IMG/VR virus record: IMGVR_UViG_3300024909_000001
Span: 1 to 41,900 of that record
DNA: 41,900 bases
From: a virus
Lineage: Duplodnaviria; Caudoviricetes
Direction: 5' to 3' (one strand)
Within the stretch, counting starts at the first letter, position 1, and each line of letters opens with the position of its first letter. Below, one piece after another: positions 1 to 8,600 of the stretch. The notes beneath the pieces were generated by a model. That model was not told the origin of the DNA, ran no database searches, and saw nothing but the letters and a program-made list of their open reading frames with translations. The position numbers and the translations under genes were made by a program.

Positions 1-27
1 GGCGTGGAAACGCCGGTGTTCGACTGA
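1..27 (+). CDS. 3' end of an upstream host gene (...GVETPVFD*), partial
   Basis: Frame 1 is open to TGA at 25-27 and is followed by a terminator; too short to identify. Confidence 0.35.
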   Translation, partial: GVETPVFD

Positions 28-49
28 GCACCGGCTGTTGCGCCAACAC

Positions 50-81
50 AAGGCCCGCTCAAGCAGCGGGCTTTTTGTTTT
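50..81 (+). terminator. Host intrinsic terminator
   Basis: AAGGCCCGCT-caagc-AGCGGGCTTT stem-loop followed by TTGTTTT. Confidence 0.8.
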
Positions 82-91
82 CACGGGCCGA

Positions 92-97
92 TAGAAT
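92..97 (+). promoter_or_regulatory. Host sigma70 -10 element upstream of the TPP aptamer; now reads into the integrase
   Basis: TAGAAT lies 7 bp before the aptamer start; the same ATAGAAT recurs before the phage copy at 41605-41611. Confidence 0.55.
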
Positions 98-104
98 GCG
101 GCTC

Positions 105-172
105 TTCGCTAGGGGTGCTGGCTCATCGAATGAGCCGGCTGAGATAACACCCTTTGAACCTGACTGAGGTAA
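105..172 (+). ncRNA. 5' part of the host TPP riboswitch, truncated in L5 by the prophage
   Basis: CTAGGGGTGC...GCTGAGA...CCCTTTGAACCTGA-CTGAGGTAA matches the thi-box consensus. The 3' strands (TCCTCG-CGCAGGGAAG) are absent here and found at 41752-41767. Confidence 0.9.
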
Positions 173-193
173 GCCCCACGCCCACAAAGTAAA
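150..193. other. attL (host B half + core GAGGTAA 166-172 + phage P' arm GCCCACAAAGTAAA 180-193)
   Basis: The 7-bp core is repeated at 41745-41751. The arm is a 13/14 inverted match to 41729-41742. The site is immediately upstream of the serine integrase. Confidence 0.85.
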
Positions 194-215
194 CTGCCAA
201 AAACAGGGGGCAGGC

Positions 216-1823
216 ATGGGCGAACCGAAGGTTTACAGCTACATCCGATTCAGCGACGCACGCCAGGCCAGCGGCGCGAGCAGCGAGCGCCAGAGCGCCT
301 ACGCCGAGCAGTGGGCGGCCCAGCACGGCCTTGTGCTGGATGACCAGCTGAGCATGCGCGATGAGGGCCTCAGCGCCTTCCACCAGAAACACATCACGCA
401 AGGCGCCCTGGGCGTCTTCCTGCAGGCCGTGCACGACGGCCATGTGGCCCGCGACTCGGTGCTGGTGGTGGAAGGCCTCGACCGACTCAGCCGCGCCGAG
501 CCAATCCAGGCGCAGGCCCAGTTGGCCAGCATCATCAATGCCGGCATCAGCGTGGTCACCGCGAGCGATGGAAAGATCTACTCACGCGAGCGCCTGAAGG
601 CCAACCCGATGGATCTGGTCTACAGCCTGCTGGTGATGATCCGCGCCCACGAGGAGAGCGACACCAAGAGCAAGCGCGTGCGCGATGCGATTCGGCGCCA
701 GTGCCTCGGGTGGAAAGCCGGCACCTACAAGGGGCTGATCCGCTACGGGCAGGCACCGGGCTGGATGCGCGTGGTGGATGGCCGATGGGAGCTGATTCCA
801 GAGCGGGCTCAAGCTGTGCGGCTGGCCGTGGATCTGTGCCTGCAGGGCTATGGCGCCGGCCACATCACCAAGCAGCTGCACGCCCAGGGCCTGCAGTTCA
901 GCGCGAGCGCGCCAACTTCGGGCCATCTGACCCGCCTGTACACACACCCTGCGCTGGCTGGCGACAAGCACCTCGAGCTCGACGGGGAGACTCACGTCCT
1001 GGCGGACTACTACCCGGCCGTCCTTGATCGGCAGACCTGGGAGAGCCTGCAGCAAGCCGTGGAGCTGCGCGGGCGGCGCGCCGTGAAGGGCGAGATCCCG
1101 TCAGTGCTCACCGGCACGGGCATCACCATGTGCGGCTACTGTGGCAGCCCCATGAAGGCCCAGACGATGGCCAGCAAGCGCAAGGCAGACGGCACGCTGC
1201 TGGACTGTCACAGGCGCCTGCAATGCGTCAGCGTTAACTCGGGGGCGGGCTGCAAGGTTCCAGGCTCATGCTCGGCCGCCCCGATCGAGCGCGCACTGAT
1301 CCGCTACTGCTCTGATCTGGTCAACCTGCAGGGGCTGTATCACGGCGACCGCAGCGCCCTGCCTCGCGCTGAGCTGGCTGCCGCGCAGGCCGAGCTGGCC
1401 GGGATCGACAAGCAGCTGGAACGCCTGACCGAGGCGCTGCTCACAAGCGACGGCCCGGTGCCGGCGACGTTCGCCAAACGAGCGCGGGAGCTGGAGGACC
1501 AAAGAGGCAACGTGCTGGCCAAGGTCCAGGCCGCCGAGCGAGCTGTGGCCGAAGCTGCGCGCGCCAACCTTGACGGCGCCGACCAGCGTTGGCGGGTGAT
1601 CGCTGAAGGTGTCGAGGCGCTTGATTACACCGCGCGCATGCAGGCCCGCCAACTGGTGGCCGACACGTTTGAACGCATCGTCGTGTACAGCCGCGGGATG
1701 CGCCCGAACGATGCCACCGATGCGATCGACGTGCTGCTGCTCGCCAAGGGTGGCAATGCTCGCACGCTGAGGGTCGATCCGAAGGGGGGCTGGCTGGCGG
1801 CAGATGACTTGGCCGAGGTCTGA
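216..1823 (+). CDS. int: Large serine recombinase / integrase (535 aa)
   Basis: N-terminal VYSYIRFS catalytic motif, LVVEGLDRLSR resolvase motif, recombinase domain, CGYC..C..C zinc ribbon and coiled coil; GGGGG RBS. Confidence 0.95.
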   Translation: MGEPKVYSYIRFSDARQASGASSERQSAYAEQWAAQHGLVLDDQLSMRDEGLSAFHQKHITQGALGVFLQAVHDGHVARDSVLVVEGLDRLSRAEPIQAQAQLASIINAGISVVTASDGKIYSRERLKANPMDLVYSLLVMIRAHEESDTKSKRVRDAIRRQCLGWKAGTYKGLIRYGQAPGWMRVVDGRWELIPERAQAVRLAVDLCLQGYGAGHITKQLHAQGLQFSASAPTSGHLTRLYTHPALAGDKHLELDGETHVLADYYPAVLDRQTWESLQQAVELRGRRAVKGEIPSVLTGTGITMCGYCGSPMKAQTMASKRKADGTLLDCHRRLQCVSVNSGAGCKVPGSCSAAPIERALIRYCSDLVNLQGLYHGDRSALPRAELAAAQAELAGIDKQLERLTEALLTSDGPVPATFAKRARELEDQRGNVLAKVQAAERAVAEAARANLDGADQRWRVIAEGVEALDYTARMQARQLVADTFERIVVYSRGMRPNDATDAIDVLLLAKGGNARTLRVDPKGGWLAADDLAEV

Positions 1824-1867
1824 AACCTGGTGCGCCTGGCGAGCCACTGGAGGTGCATCATTGCAGC

Positions 1868-2140
1868 ATGGCATCGCTCGATCCGCCCAACTGGACGCCC
1901 TGCTGGTACTGCAAGCACTACGGCTATTTCTCCAAAAGTTCCGGCCTGGTCAGGTGCGCCCACCCGGTCTATCCAATGAACTGCTCGCAACCCGAACGAG
2001 GCTGCTGCAGCTGGGAGCGCATGCCAGGTGTGGATGATGATGGCTGGCAGCCGGTCGGGTTCGTCAGCCAGCAGGAGGCCCAGGCTGCACTGTGGGCTTC
2101 CACCCATCGGAGGGATGCGGACGGAGCCCAGGGCGCCTAG
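1868..2140 (+). CDS. Cys-rich hypothetical phage protein (90 aa)
   Basis: ATG at 1868; PCWYCKHY...C..P...GCCSWER; directly downstream of int. Confidence 0.6.
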   Translation: MASLDPPNWTPCWYCKHYGYFSKSSGLVRCAHPVYPMNCSQPERGCCSWERMPGVDDDGWQPVGFVSQQEAQAALWASTHRRDADGAQGA

Positions 2141-2441
2141 ATTCAAGCCGCAGGGCCTAGGGCAGCTTGGGTGCACACAAGCGCGCTGGCCGCGGCGGAC
2201 TCCCGGGAGGGCGTCCGGGGCGATCGCCCTGCCCATTCATAAACCACCGGCTGTAGCCGGCGCTGGCCGAGTTCTACAACGAGACCATCAAGACCTTGAT
2301 GCGCCATTGTGAGCAGCATCACAAGCAGGGTAAGTCCGGGCCGGCGTGCATTTAATGTTTCATCGAGGGTGTACCCAACTTGGCGCGCGAGTAGGCACTC
2401 ACAAATTGCATGGGCTTTGGTTCACACGCTACCCGTAGCGC

Positions 2442-2470
2442 TTGTTACACCCTTGACCCCCAGATATAGT
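2442..2470 (+). promoter_or_regulatory. Putative sigma70 moron promoter
   Basis: TTGTTA-17 bp-TATAGT in a lower-GC intergenic stretch. Confidence 0.6.
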
Positions 2471-2707
2471 TTCCCCTAATGCATCGCAAGCACGGCACGG
2501 TACGAACAAGTTTTCAGCGGCAGACGTAGCCGCAGTGACCAGGGTCAAAACCGACACGCTAGGATGCAGATAAATGAAGGCCCCGATAGCGCGACAACTT
2601 GGCGGAAGGAGCGCTACCAGGGCCACCAGGGCGGCACGACTGAGCAGCCGGTGCCTATTTCGTTCACTCCAACCCCACCGTGGAATCGGTAGAGAGGAAA
2701 AGCATGC

Positions 2708-2851
2708 ATGACTCAAGCTAAAAGCTACCCGCCGATCCCTGCTGGTCACGTCCTGGTCTTTCGACCATGGATCACCAGGAAGGACGGCAGCCGGCTCTAC
2801 GCTTCCCAGGTCGGCAAGCGGGCATTCCCGCTTATCGTCCCGGTGAAGTAA
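2708..2851 (+). CDS. Small basic protein, 47 aa (MTQAKSYPPIPAGHVLVFRPWITRKDGSRLYASQVGKRAFPLIVPVK); not in the ORF track
   Basis: AGAGGA RBS, own upstream promoter and downstream terminator. Confidence 0.7.
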   Translation: MTQAKSYPPIPAGHVLVFRPWITRKDGSRLYASQVGKRAFPLIVPVK

Positions 2852-2872
2852 AGGCCTAAGCCTTGACTGCTC

Positions 2873-2911
2873 GAACGGGCGCTACAAGGGGGACTTGTGG
2901 CGCCTGTTTTC
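2873..2911 (+). terminator. Terminator of the moron, possibly bidirectional with the lysis operon
   Basis: GAACGGGCGCTACAAG-gggga-CTTGTGGCGCCTGTTTT long stem-loop. Confidence 0.7.
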
Positions 2912-2979
2912 ATCTTAATGGCCAGGCCAATATGCGCAAGTGAATAAAAACCCAGCCCGTAAATGGCTTGCGGTTTTTC

Positions 2980-3420
2980 TCACGGTGTGCTTGTCCATCC
3001 CTGCTGCCCAACTACTGCCTGGCAGCCTCTGAGCCGGTCTGCGACGGCGTCGGCGTCTTGGACGAGCGCGACAAGATCGCTTCGAGCCTGGTCTGAAATG
3101 ACTGAGGCGGCGGGGCGGGGATCATCATTTCGGCCGGGACAACCGGGGCCCGGGGCGGGAGAGGAGCTGGCGATGTCGCGCAGCCGCTGCTCAAGGCCAG
3201 CAGCGCGGCGATCAGTGGCCAGGCGGTCTTGCGTGAGCGCATCGTTGATCCTTGCCATGTTGCGCGTCTGCTGGCCCTCTAAGACGCGGGCGCCGCGCTC
3301 TGCGGCGATGTCCTCTTCAAGCCGGGCCACGCTCGCTCGGTGCGCCTGGAAGGCCATGCCACTGCCAAAACAGGCGGCCATGGCCAGTGCCAGGGCGCCG
3401 AGCTTATAGGCCCACCACAT
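2980..3420 (-). CDS. Rz: Rz-like inner-membrane spanin
   Basis: N-terminal TM helix, then a coiled periplasmic region ending ADAVADRLRGCQ; last gene of the lysis cassette. Confidence 0.75.
   Translation of the reverse strand: MWWAYKLGALALAMAACFGSGMAFQAHRASVARLEEDIAAERGARVLEGQQTRNMARINDALTQDRLATDRRAAGLEQRLRDIASSSPAPGPGCPGRNDDPRPAASVISDQARSDLVALVQDADAVADRLRGCQAVVGQQGWTSTP
3012..3242 (-). CDS. Rz1: Rz1-like outer-membrane spanin lipoprotein embedded in Rz
   Basis: Signal peptide with lipobox LSSGC and a Pro-rich mature part; fully nested in a different frame, as in lambda Rz/Rz1. Confidence 0.75.
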   Translation of the reverse strand: MRSRKTAWPLIAALLALSSGCATSPAPLPPRAPVVPAEMMIPAPPPQSFQTRLEAILSRSSKTPTPSQTGSEAARQ

Positions 3421-3733
3421 GGGGAGCCACCTGGATGACGATGGCGGCCATCAGCCCAGGCGCGGCTGTGGCCAGCGCGTCGAGCGGCTCCACACCATGC
3501 AGGCCGGGCTGGCTGCGGTTGTCGAGCCAGTCGGCCGCCTCCTTGACGATGCCGGCCACGATGGCCGCCACGCCCACAGCCACAGCGGCAGGGCGCAGGC
3601 CGGCAGCCGTTGCCAGCAGGCCCAGCGCCAGGCCGAACAGAGCGACCAGCAGGCCGATGACCAGGTGCATGGCCTTGTCAGCCGGCAGGCCCAGCTTGCC
3701 AAGCAGGGCGGCGAGTTTGGAAAGGATGTTCAT
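3404..3733 (-). CDS. Multi-TM membrane protein in the lysis cassette (DKAMH...KEAAD motif)
   Basis: ATG 3733 with GGAG RBS; three hydrophobic segments; overlaps the Rz start. Confidence 0.7.
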   Translation of the reverse strand: MNILSKLAALLGKLGLPADKAMHLVIGLLVALFGLALGLLATAAGLRPAAVAVGVAAIVAGIVKEAADWLDNRSQPGLHGVEPLDALATAAPGLMAAIVIQVAPHVVGL

Positions 3734-3824
3734 CGAGATCTCCATGCTGCAGCAGCAGCGTTGCGCGGGCCAGGAACAAAGCAGGCCGAGTGACCGGCCT
3801 GCCACTACCCTGCTCTGTGTTGAC

Positions 3825-4067
3825 CTATTCGGCCTGGGTAAAGTCGACGTAGTACTTCTCGCCCGGGTTGAACTTGCCCAGCAGCGCCGGGTTCGTGATG
3901 TGGATGTCGAGAGTCGCACTCGGCGAGTACTTCGAGAAAGTGCTGTCCTCGTGGAGCCCGTCCTTGTCAAAGGAAGGCGGGCAGACCGCGTTCATCGTCA
4001 GCTTCTCGCTGCCGGCGAGGCGCTCGATCTTCGAGATCTGCAGCTTGGCGCGCATGGTGGTGGACAT
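3825..4067 (-). CDS. Hypothetical phage protein (80 aa, FSKYSPSA...YYVDF)
   Basis: GAAAGG RBS before ATG 4067; phage-like codon usage. Confidence 0.7.
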   Translation of the reverse strand: MSTTMRAKLQISKIERLAGSEKLTMNAVCPPSFDKDGLHEDSTFSKYSPSATLDIHITNPALLGKFNPGEKYYVDFTQAE

Positions 4068-4140
4068 AGATAGCCTTTCAGTGTGGTGCCTACTCAATCG
4101 AGGCGGGTGGGAGAAATCGGAAACGTCGCCCGGCCGCCGC

Positions 4141-4764
4141 TCAGGCCGAGCAGGCCAGCGCGTGCAGGGTGTCGTCGCTCAGTTGGCGGCGCTCGGCGCG
4201 GTGCAGCATGGCGCTGCCGTTGATGGACTTCGTGATGGCGTCGATCTGCCAGGCATCGGCCAGCACATTGAGCTTGTTGACGTGCCAGTACCAGGCCGCG
4301 GTGAGCGCGGCGTGCTCGGGCGTGGCGACCAGGTCGGGCTGGTCTGCATAGGGCTGGCCCAAGTCAATGGACGCATCCAGGTAGGCAGCGCGGCCGGTGA
4401 GCTGGATGAGACCGCGGCCGCGATACAGCCAGCCATCGCCGCTGACCTGGTCGCGGTTGCCGCAGCGGTTGGCGTAGACGCAGTTGGCAAGGGCCTGCGG
4501 ATTGCGCGCCAGGCGGGCAGCATCGGCCAGGCTGGCCACGCGGCTGGGGAACACGGCGCGGATGCGCTCGGGCGTGCTGTAGAAGAGGTTCTCCTCGACG
4601 TGGACGAAGCGCGCCGACTCCACCATGGCCTGGGCCAGGAAGGCCGCGATGCGGGCCGGCGTGCTGATGTCGAAGCGGCTGCAGGCCGCCGCCAGCGGGT
4701 CGGCATAGAGCCGCGCTTGCGTGGGCGCCACGCCGGCAGCCACCAGGGTTTGAACAGTGATCAT
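4141..4764 (-). CDS. Endolysin, glycoside hydrolase family 19 (chitinase-like)
   Basis: AAFLAQAMVES, EENL, and YRGRGLIQLTGR GH19 motifs; start ATG 4764 behind AGGAGG-like AAGGAAGG. Confidence 0.88.
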   Translation of the reverse strand: MITVQTLVAAGVAPTQARLYADPLAAACSRFDISTPARIAAFLAQAMVESARFVHVEENLFYSTPERIRAVFPSRVASLADAARLARNPQALANCVYANRCGNRDQVSGDGWLYRGRGLIQLTGRAAYLDASIDLGQPYADQPDLVATPEHAALTAAWYWHVNKLNVLADAWQIDAITKSINGSAMLHRAERRQLSDDTLHALACSA

Positions 4765-4766
4765 GG

Positions 4767-5048
4767 TCAGCCTTCTTTCACACGGGTTCGGACAATGAGG
4801 ACCGCGAAGCCGACGAGTACGCTGGCGTCCTGGAGCGTCGGCGCCTCCAGGTGCAGGAAGGGGGTGATGACGGCACCGGCGCCACCGATGGCCAGGCAGG
4901 CCCAGGCCAGGGCCTTGAGCCACTCGGTGACGCGCTCGCGGGCATCGAGGCCGCGTGCCAATGGCGCAGTGCGCTCTAGCTTGTTCAGGGCCTCGGCCAC
5001 GGTGATGAGGCCCGCCAGCCAATGGAGGATCTGAATCGCCTCACTCAT
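4767..5048 (-). CDS. Holin/antiholin-like membrane protein (93 aa)
   Basis: Three hydrophobic segments and a basic C-terminus; between the holin and the endolysin. Confidence 0.65.
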   Translation of the reverse strand: MSEAIQILHWLAGLITVAEALNKLERTAPLARGLDARERVTEWLKALAWACLAIGGAGAVITPFLHLEAPTLQDASVLVGFAVLIVRTRVKEG

Positions 5049-5454
5049 GGCCACCACCCTCTGCAGGTGCAGGCGTCTGCACTTGCCCTGAAAACCGGCG
5101 GATGGCGAAACGAAGCACCTCCTGCGCCCCGCCACCCACCGCGAACGCACAGCCCAGCAGCAGCGAGTCCGGCAGCGAGGCCATGAGCAGGGCCAGTGGC
5201 GCCAAATAGCCGGCCGTGATGGCGCTTGCACAGGCGACCGCCATGCGACGCAGCGTGGTGCGCACCAGCTGCTGCCAGGTATCGCCGGTTGCGGGCACCG
5301 CGTTGAGCAGAATGATGGCCACCAAGCTGCCGCTGAAGCCCGCGATGAGCAGGTCAGCACGCAGCCCAAGCGGGGCGCCAAAGGCTGTGAGGATGGGCAC
5401 CGCGGCCGTGGAGGCCGCGATGGTGCCGAGGGCGGTGGATGCAGGCTCAGCCAT
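5041..5454 (-). CDS. Putative holin
   Basis: Several TM segments; first gene of the lysis cassette. Confidence 0.7.
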   Translation of the reverse strand: MAEPASTALGTIAASTAAVPILTAFGAPLGLRADLLIAGFSGSLVAIILLNAVPATGDTWQQLVRTTLRRMAVACASAITAGYLAPLALLMASLPDSLLLGCAFAVGGGAQEVLRFAIRRFSGQVQTPAPAEGGGHE

Positions 5455-5473
5455 GTGGTGGTGTTGGTTGAGT

Positions 5474-5500
5474 CAAAAGAATGCCCGCACGAGGCGGGCT
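5474..5500 (-). terminator. Intrinsic terminator after the tail operon lipoprotein
   Basis: Minus strand GCCCGC-ctcgt-GCGGGC-ATTCTTTT. Confidence 0.65.
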
Positions 5501-5503
5501 GGC

Positions 5504-5632
5504 TTAGGTGCAGCGCTGGGGCTGCTGGCTACAGCGTGGCGGGTCGACGGTGCGCAGCTCGTCGGGGTCGGGATCACCACCACCGCAGGCGGTGAGCAAG
5601 GCGCACAGCGCCAGGCAAAGTAGTCGTTTCAT
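5504..5632 (-). CDS. Small lipoprotein, 42 aa (MKRLLCLALCALLTACGGGDPDPDELRTVDPPRCSQQPQRCT); not in the ORF track
   Basis: GAGG RBS, lipobox LTAC; directly after the tail-tip gene. Confidence 0.75.
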   Translation of the reverse strand: MKRLLCLALCALLTACGGGDPDPDELRTVDPPRCSQQPQRCT

Positions 5633-5639
5633 ACTGACC

Positions 5640-8600
5640 TCACACACAGATGCCGTTGTTGATGAGGGCCTGGCGGATCTCGTTCAGCACGTAGCGCACG
5701 CTATCGATGTCCGCCGCGGCGGCACCGGGCACGCCGTATGCGCCCTGCGGCGTCTTCCCGTTGCAACCAAAGCCGGCAGTCACGCGCAGGCCTGGCACGC
5801 CTGCTGTGAAGAACGGCGAGCCTGTCAGCACCCCGTTGTGCCCCGAGGTGAGCGCACCGACGAAGAACAGGTTGGTGGTATCGATCCCAATGCCCATGGC
5901 GTATTGGCCGGAGCGGACCATGCCGTAGTAGCCCCAGTTGGAGGCCGTGCTGCGGGTGACGCTAACCGCGCCATAGGGATCGTGCGCTTGGCCGTCCAGC
6001 GCGAAGGTGCCACCGCCGTCCACCTTGATCGCTGGCGACGTAGCCACGGACGACTTGGCATATAGCCCAACGGCGCCACCAGAGGCTTCTGCCATCACAG
6101 CCACGCCGCCGCCGTCACATACACCCCAGACGCCCTTGGCTGAATTGGAGTAGCCGTAGACGCCGCTCCCTGTGACCGAAGCCGCGAACACCCCCCAACC
6201 GCCGTAGGAGTTCACAACGATGCCGTCGGCCGGAGAGGTGTTCTTACCAATCTTGACCAGGGTGGTCCCCAAGCCATAGGACCCAGACCCAACCTGCCCC
6301 AACTCGACAAGCTTTTCGACGCCGGCTCCGATGTCCCCATAGACCCGCAGCGTGTTTCCGCCACCTTCGTTCAGCTGGATGGATCGGCCGCTGGTTGCGG
6401 TTCGGATGAGGCTGCCGGTTACCGTCACGCCCGTGATGTCGCCTGCAGTGATCGTGCCCAGGTTCGCGCTGATCGCGCTGATCTGGCCCACCTTGAGCGC
6501 ACTGATGTAGGGCGAGTCCCAGGTGGTCGTGTTCGACGTTGCGTCGTAGGACCCATTGGCCTGCCACACGGTCTGGTTCGATGCATAGGCCGGCGCCGCG
6601 CTCACCCAGGTCTCGCCACCGCCCCAGGCGTTTGCTGCGGGCACGCTGCTCGCGCCGGTCGAGGTGCGCGTGCCGGTGCCCAGCGTCGTGCCGCTGGCCA
6701 GCACCGTGTAGGCCATCTTGGCCGACAAGCCGGTCGCACCTGCCGCACCTTGGCTGGTGATGGATGCCCCCGTCCAGTTGACCGTGTCTGCGGTGCTGGT
6801 GCTGTTGTTGCTGAGGTGGACCGTGGCCACCCACAACGTCCAGCCGGGCGTCGGCGCGCCGGGCGATAGCGTCCACCCCGATGGCGCTGCGCTCAACGCG
6901 CCACTGGCCCATGTATAGGTCGACGTCCCTGTGGGCCCCGCAGGGATGGTCAACGCCCACGCGTAGACCTTGGCATCGGCCGTGCGGGTCCCAGCTGGAC
7001 CGTCGCCACCCGTAGGTCCGGTGGGCCCGGTCGGGCCAGTCGGGCCCTGGCTGCCCGCCTTGCTCTTGGCGATGTTGTAGACCTTGTCGACCGTCACCGA
7101 TCCCACCACCGCGCGCAGGGTGGCCGACCCAGTGTCAGCGCTCATGGCGCTGACGCTGTAGACCCCGGCCGAGTTGATGCTGATGGTGACGCCAGAGGCG
7201 GCTTGCACGCTGAAGGTCACACTGGCGTCGGGCACCTCCGTGGCGCCACGCCATACCTTGAACTCGCCGCCGGTGCCGGCCCAGCTGGCCACCGTGCCGA
7301 AGGCATCCGCCGCCACGGTGGACGATTCATTGGTGAGGAAGCCGATCAGCGCGTCGGAGCCATCGCGCAGGCGCACCACGGTGACCTGGTCGCTCAGCGA
7401 GCCCTGAGTGGCCGACACCACGCAGTAGGCAGCCACGCCGAATTGGGTGTCGGTGAGCGTGCGCACGTTGCCCGTGCCGCCCAGGGTGACCGTGCCGAGG
7501 CTGGTTCCAGAGGCGTTGTACAGCGTGGCCACAAACGTGGCGGGGCTGGCCAGCGTGGGCGAGATCTTGAAGGTGATGGTCTGCGTGGCCGGGCTGGCCA
7601 CGCCGGTGCCGTCGTAGGTGAAGGCCTGCGCCGTGGCGCGCAGGGAGAAGCTGCCGCTCACGGGCTCGATAAAGGCGCCGGTGATGGTGTAGGTCACCGG
7701 CGAGACATCGGCCAGGCTTTGCTGCCCGCCGCCGAACACATTGAACGAGGTGAGCTTGATGTAGACGGTGGTGCCGACCAGCGAAGCATCCAGCGGGCCG
7801 CTGCGGGCTACCGCGTTGTCCACGCGCACAAAGGCATCACCAATGGCATGAGCATCCACCGTGCTGCCGTAAGCGCCACGCGCGAGCGTGGTGAGGGTGT
7901 AGTGGTTCGCCGAGGTGAGCGTGGCTGTCTGGTAGGCCAGATATTCCGGCGATGCCCCGCCGACATAGCAGAGCGTGGCCAGGGCCGCGAGGTCTGCAGC
8001 GCTGCCGCTGTGCAGCTGCCCACCATTGACCTGCAGCTGGACATCGGCACCCACGGCTGCGGTGAGCTGCCCGAAACGGCTGCCGCCGCGCACCTCGCCG
8101 ATCTGCTGGTAGTTGCTGCCGTCATAGCTGGCCCAGACCTGGCAACCGCCCCAAAGCGGGTTGGTGCCGGCGGTGGCCACCATCAGCTCCAGCCCGGTGG
8201 TGGTGAGCACGCCTGGCGCCTCGAAGATGACCGGGGTGAGCGCATTGCCGGGCGCTGCATTGAAGTCCAGCGCGTAGCCGCTGCCGGCCTGGGCGCCGTA
8301 CAGGGGCGCGCTGGCATGGCCGATGGGCGCGTCCTCGGCCTCGATCTCGAAGCTGTCGGTATCCACCTCGGTGACCTTGGTGATGCGCACCGGCAGGCGG
8401 TCCAGATAAAGGTCCGCGTCCGTGAGCGTGACCAGGTCCAGCGGCTCCAACCGGGCCTTGGTCCAGGCTACCTGGAAGCTGTAGGTGTTCCAGACCGCCA
8501 TCTGGCGCTGCAGTTCCATCTGCGCAACGAAGCTGGCCACCTCGGGCGTCTTGATCTCGTGCGCCTTGATGACCTCCATCACACGCTCACCAAACTGCTC

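Noticed and set aside
105-163. Treating the 58-59-bp duplication as the att core, as for a tyrosine integrase
   Set aside because: The copies have internal mismatches. Crossover there would leave the host riboswitch with the 45-nt insert and would separate the inverted attP arms. Crossover at GAGGTAA gives both a canonical aptamer and a symmetric attP.
123-443. Minus-strand 106-aa ORF
   Set aside because: Shadow of the integrase and riboswitch; no recognisable features.
2264-2356. Coding-like fragment LAEFYNETIKTLMRHCEQHHKQGKSGPACI*
   Set aside because: Preceded by an in-frame stop and lacks a start/RBS; at most an unidentifiable remnant.
5640-7100. Diversity-generating retroelement or invertible tail-fibre system
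   Set aside because: No reverse transcriptase, no TR/VR pair and no invertase or inverted crossover sites seen.
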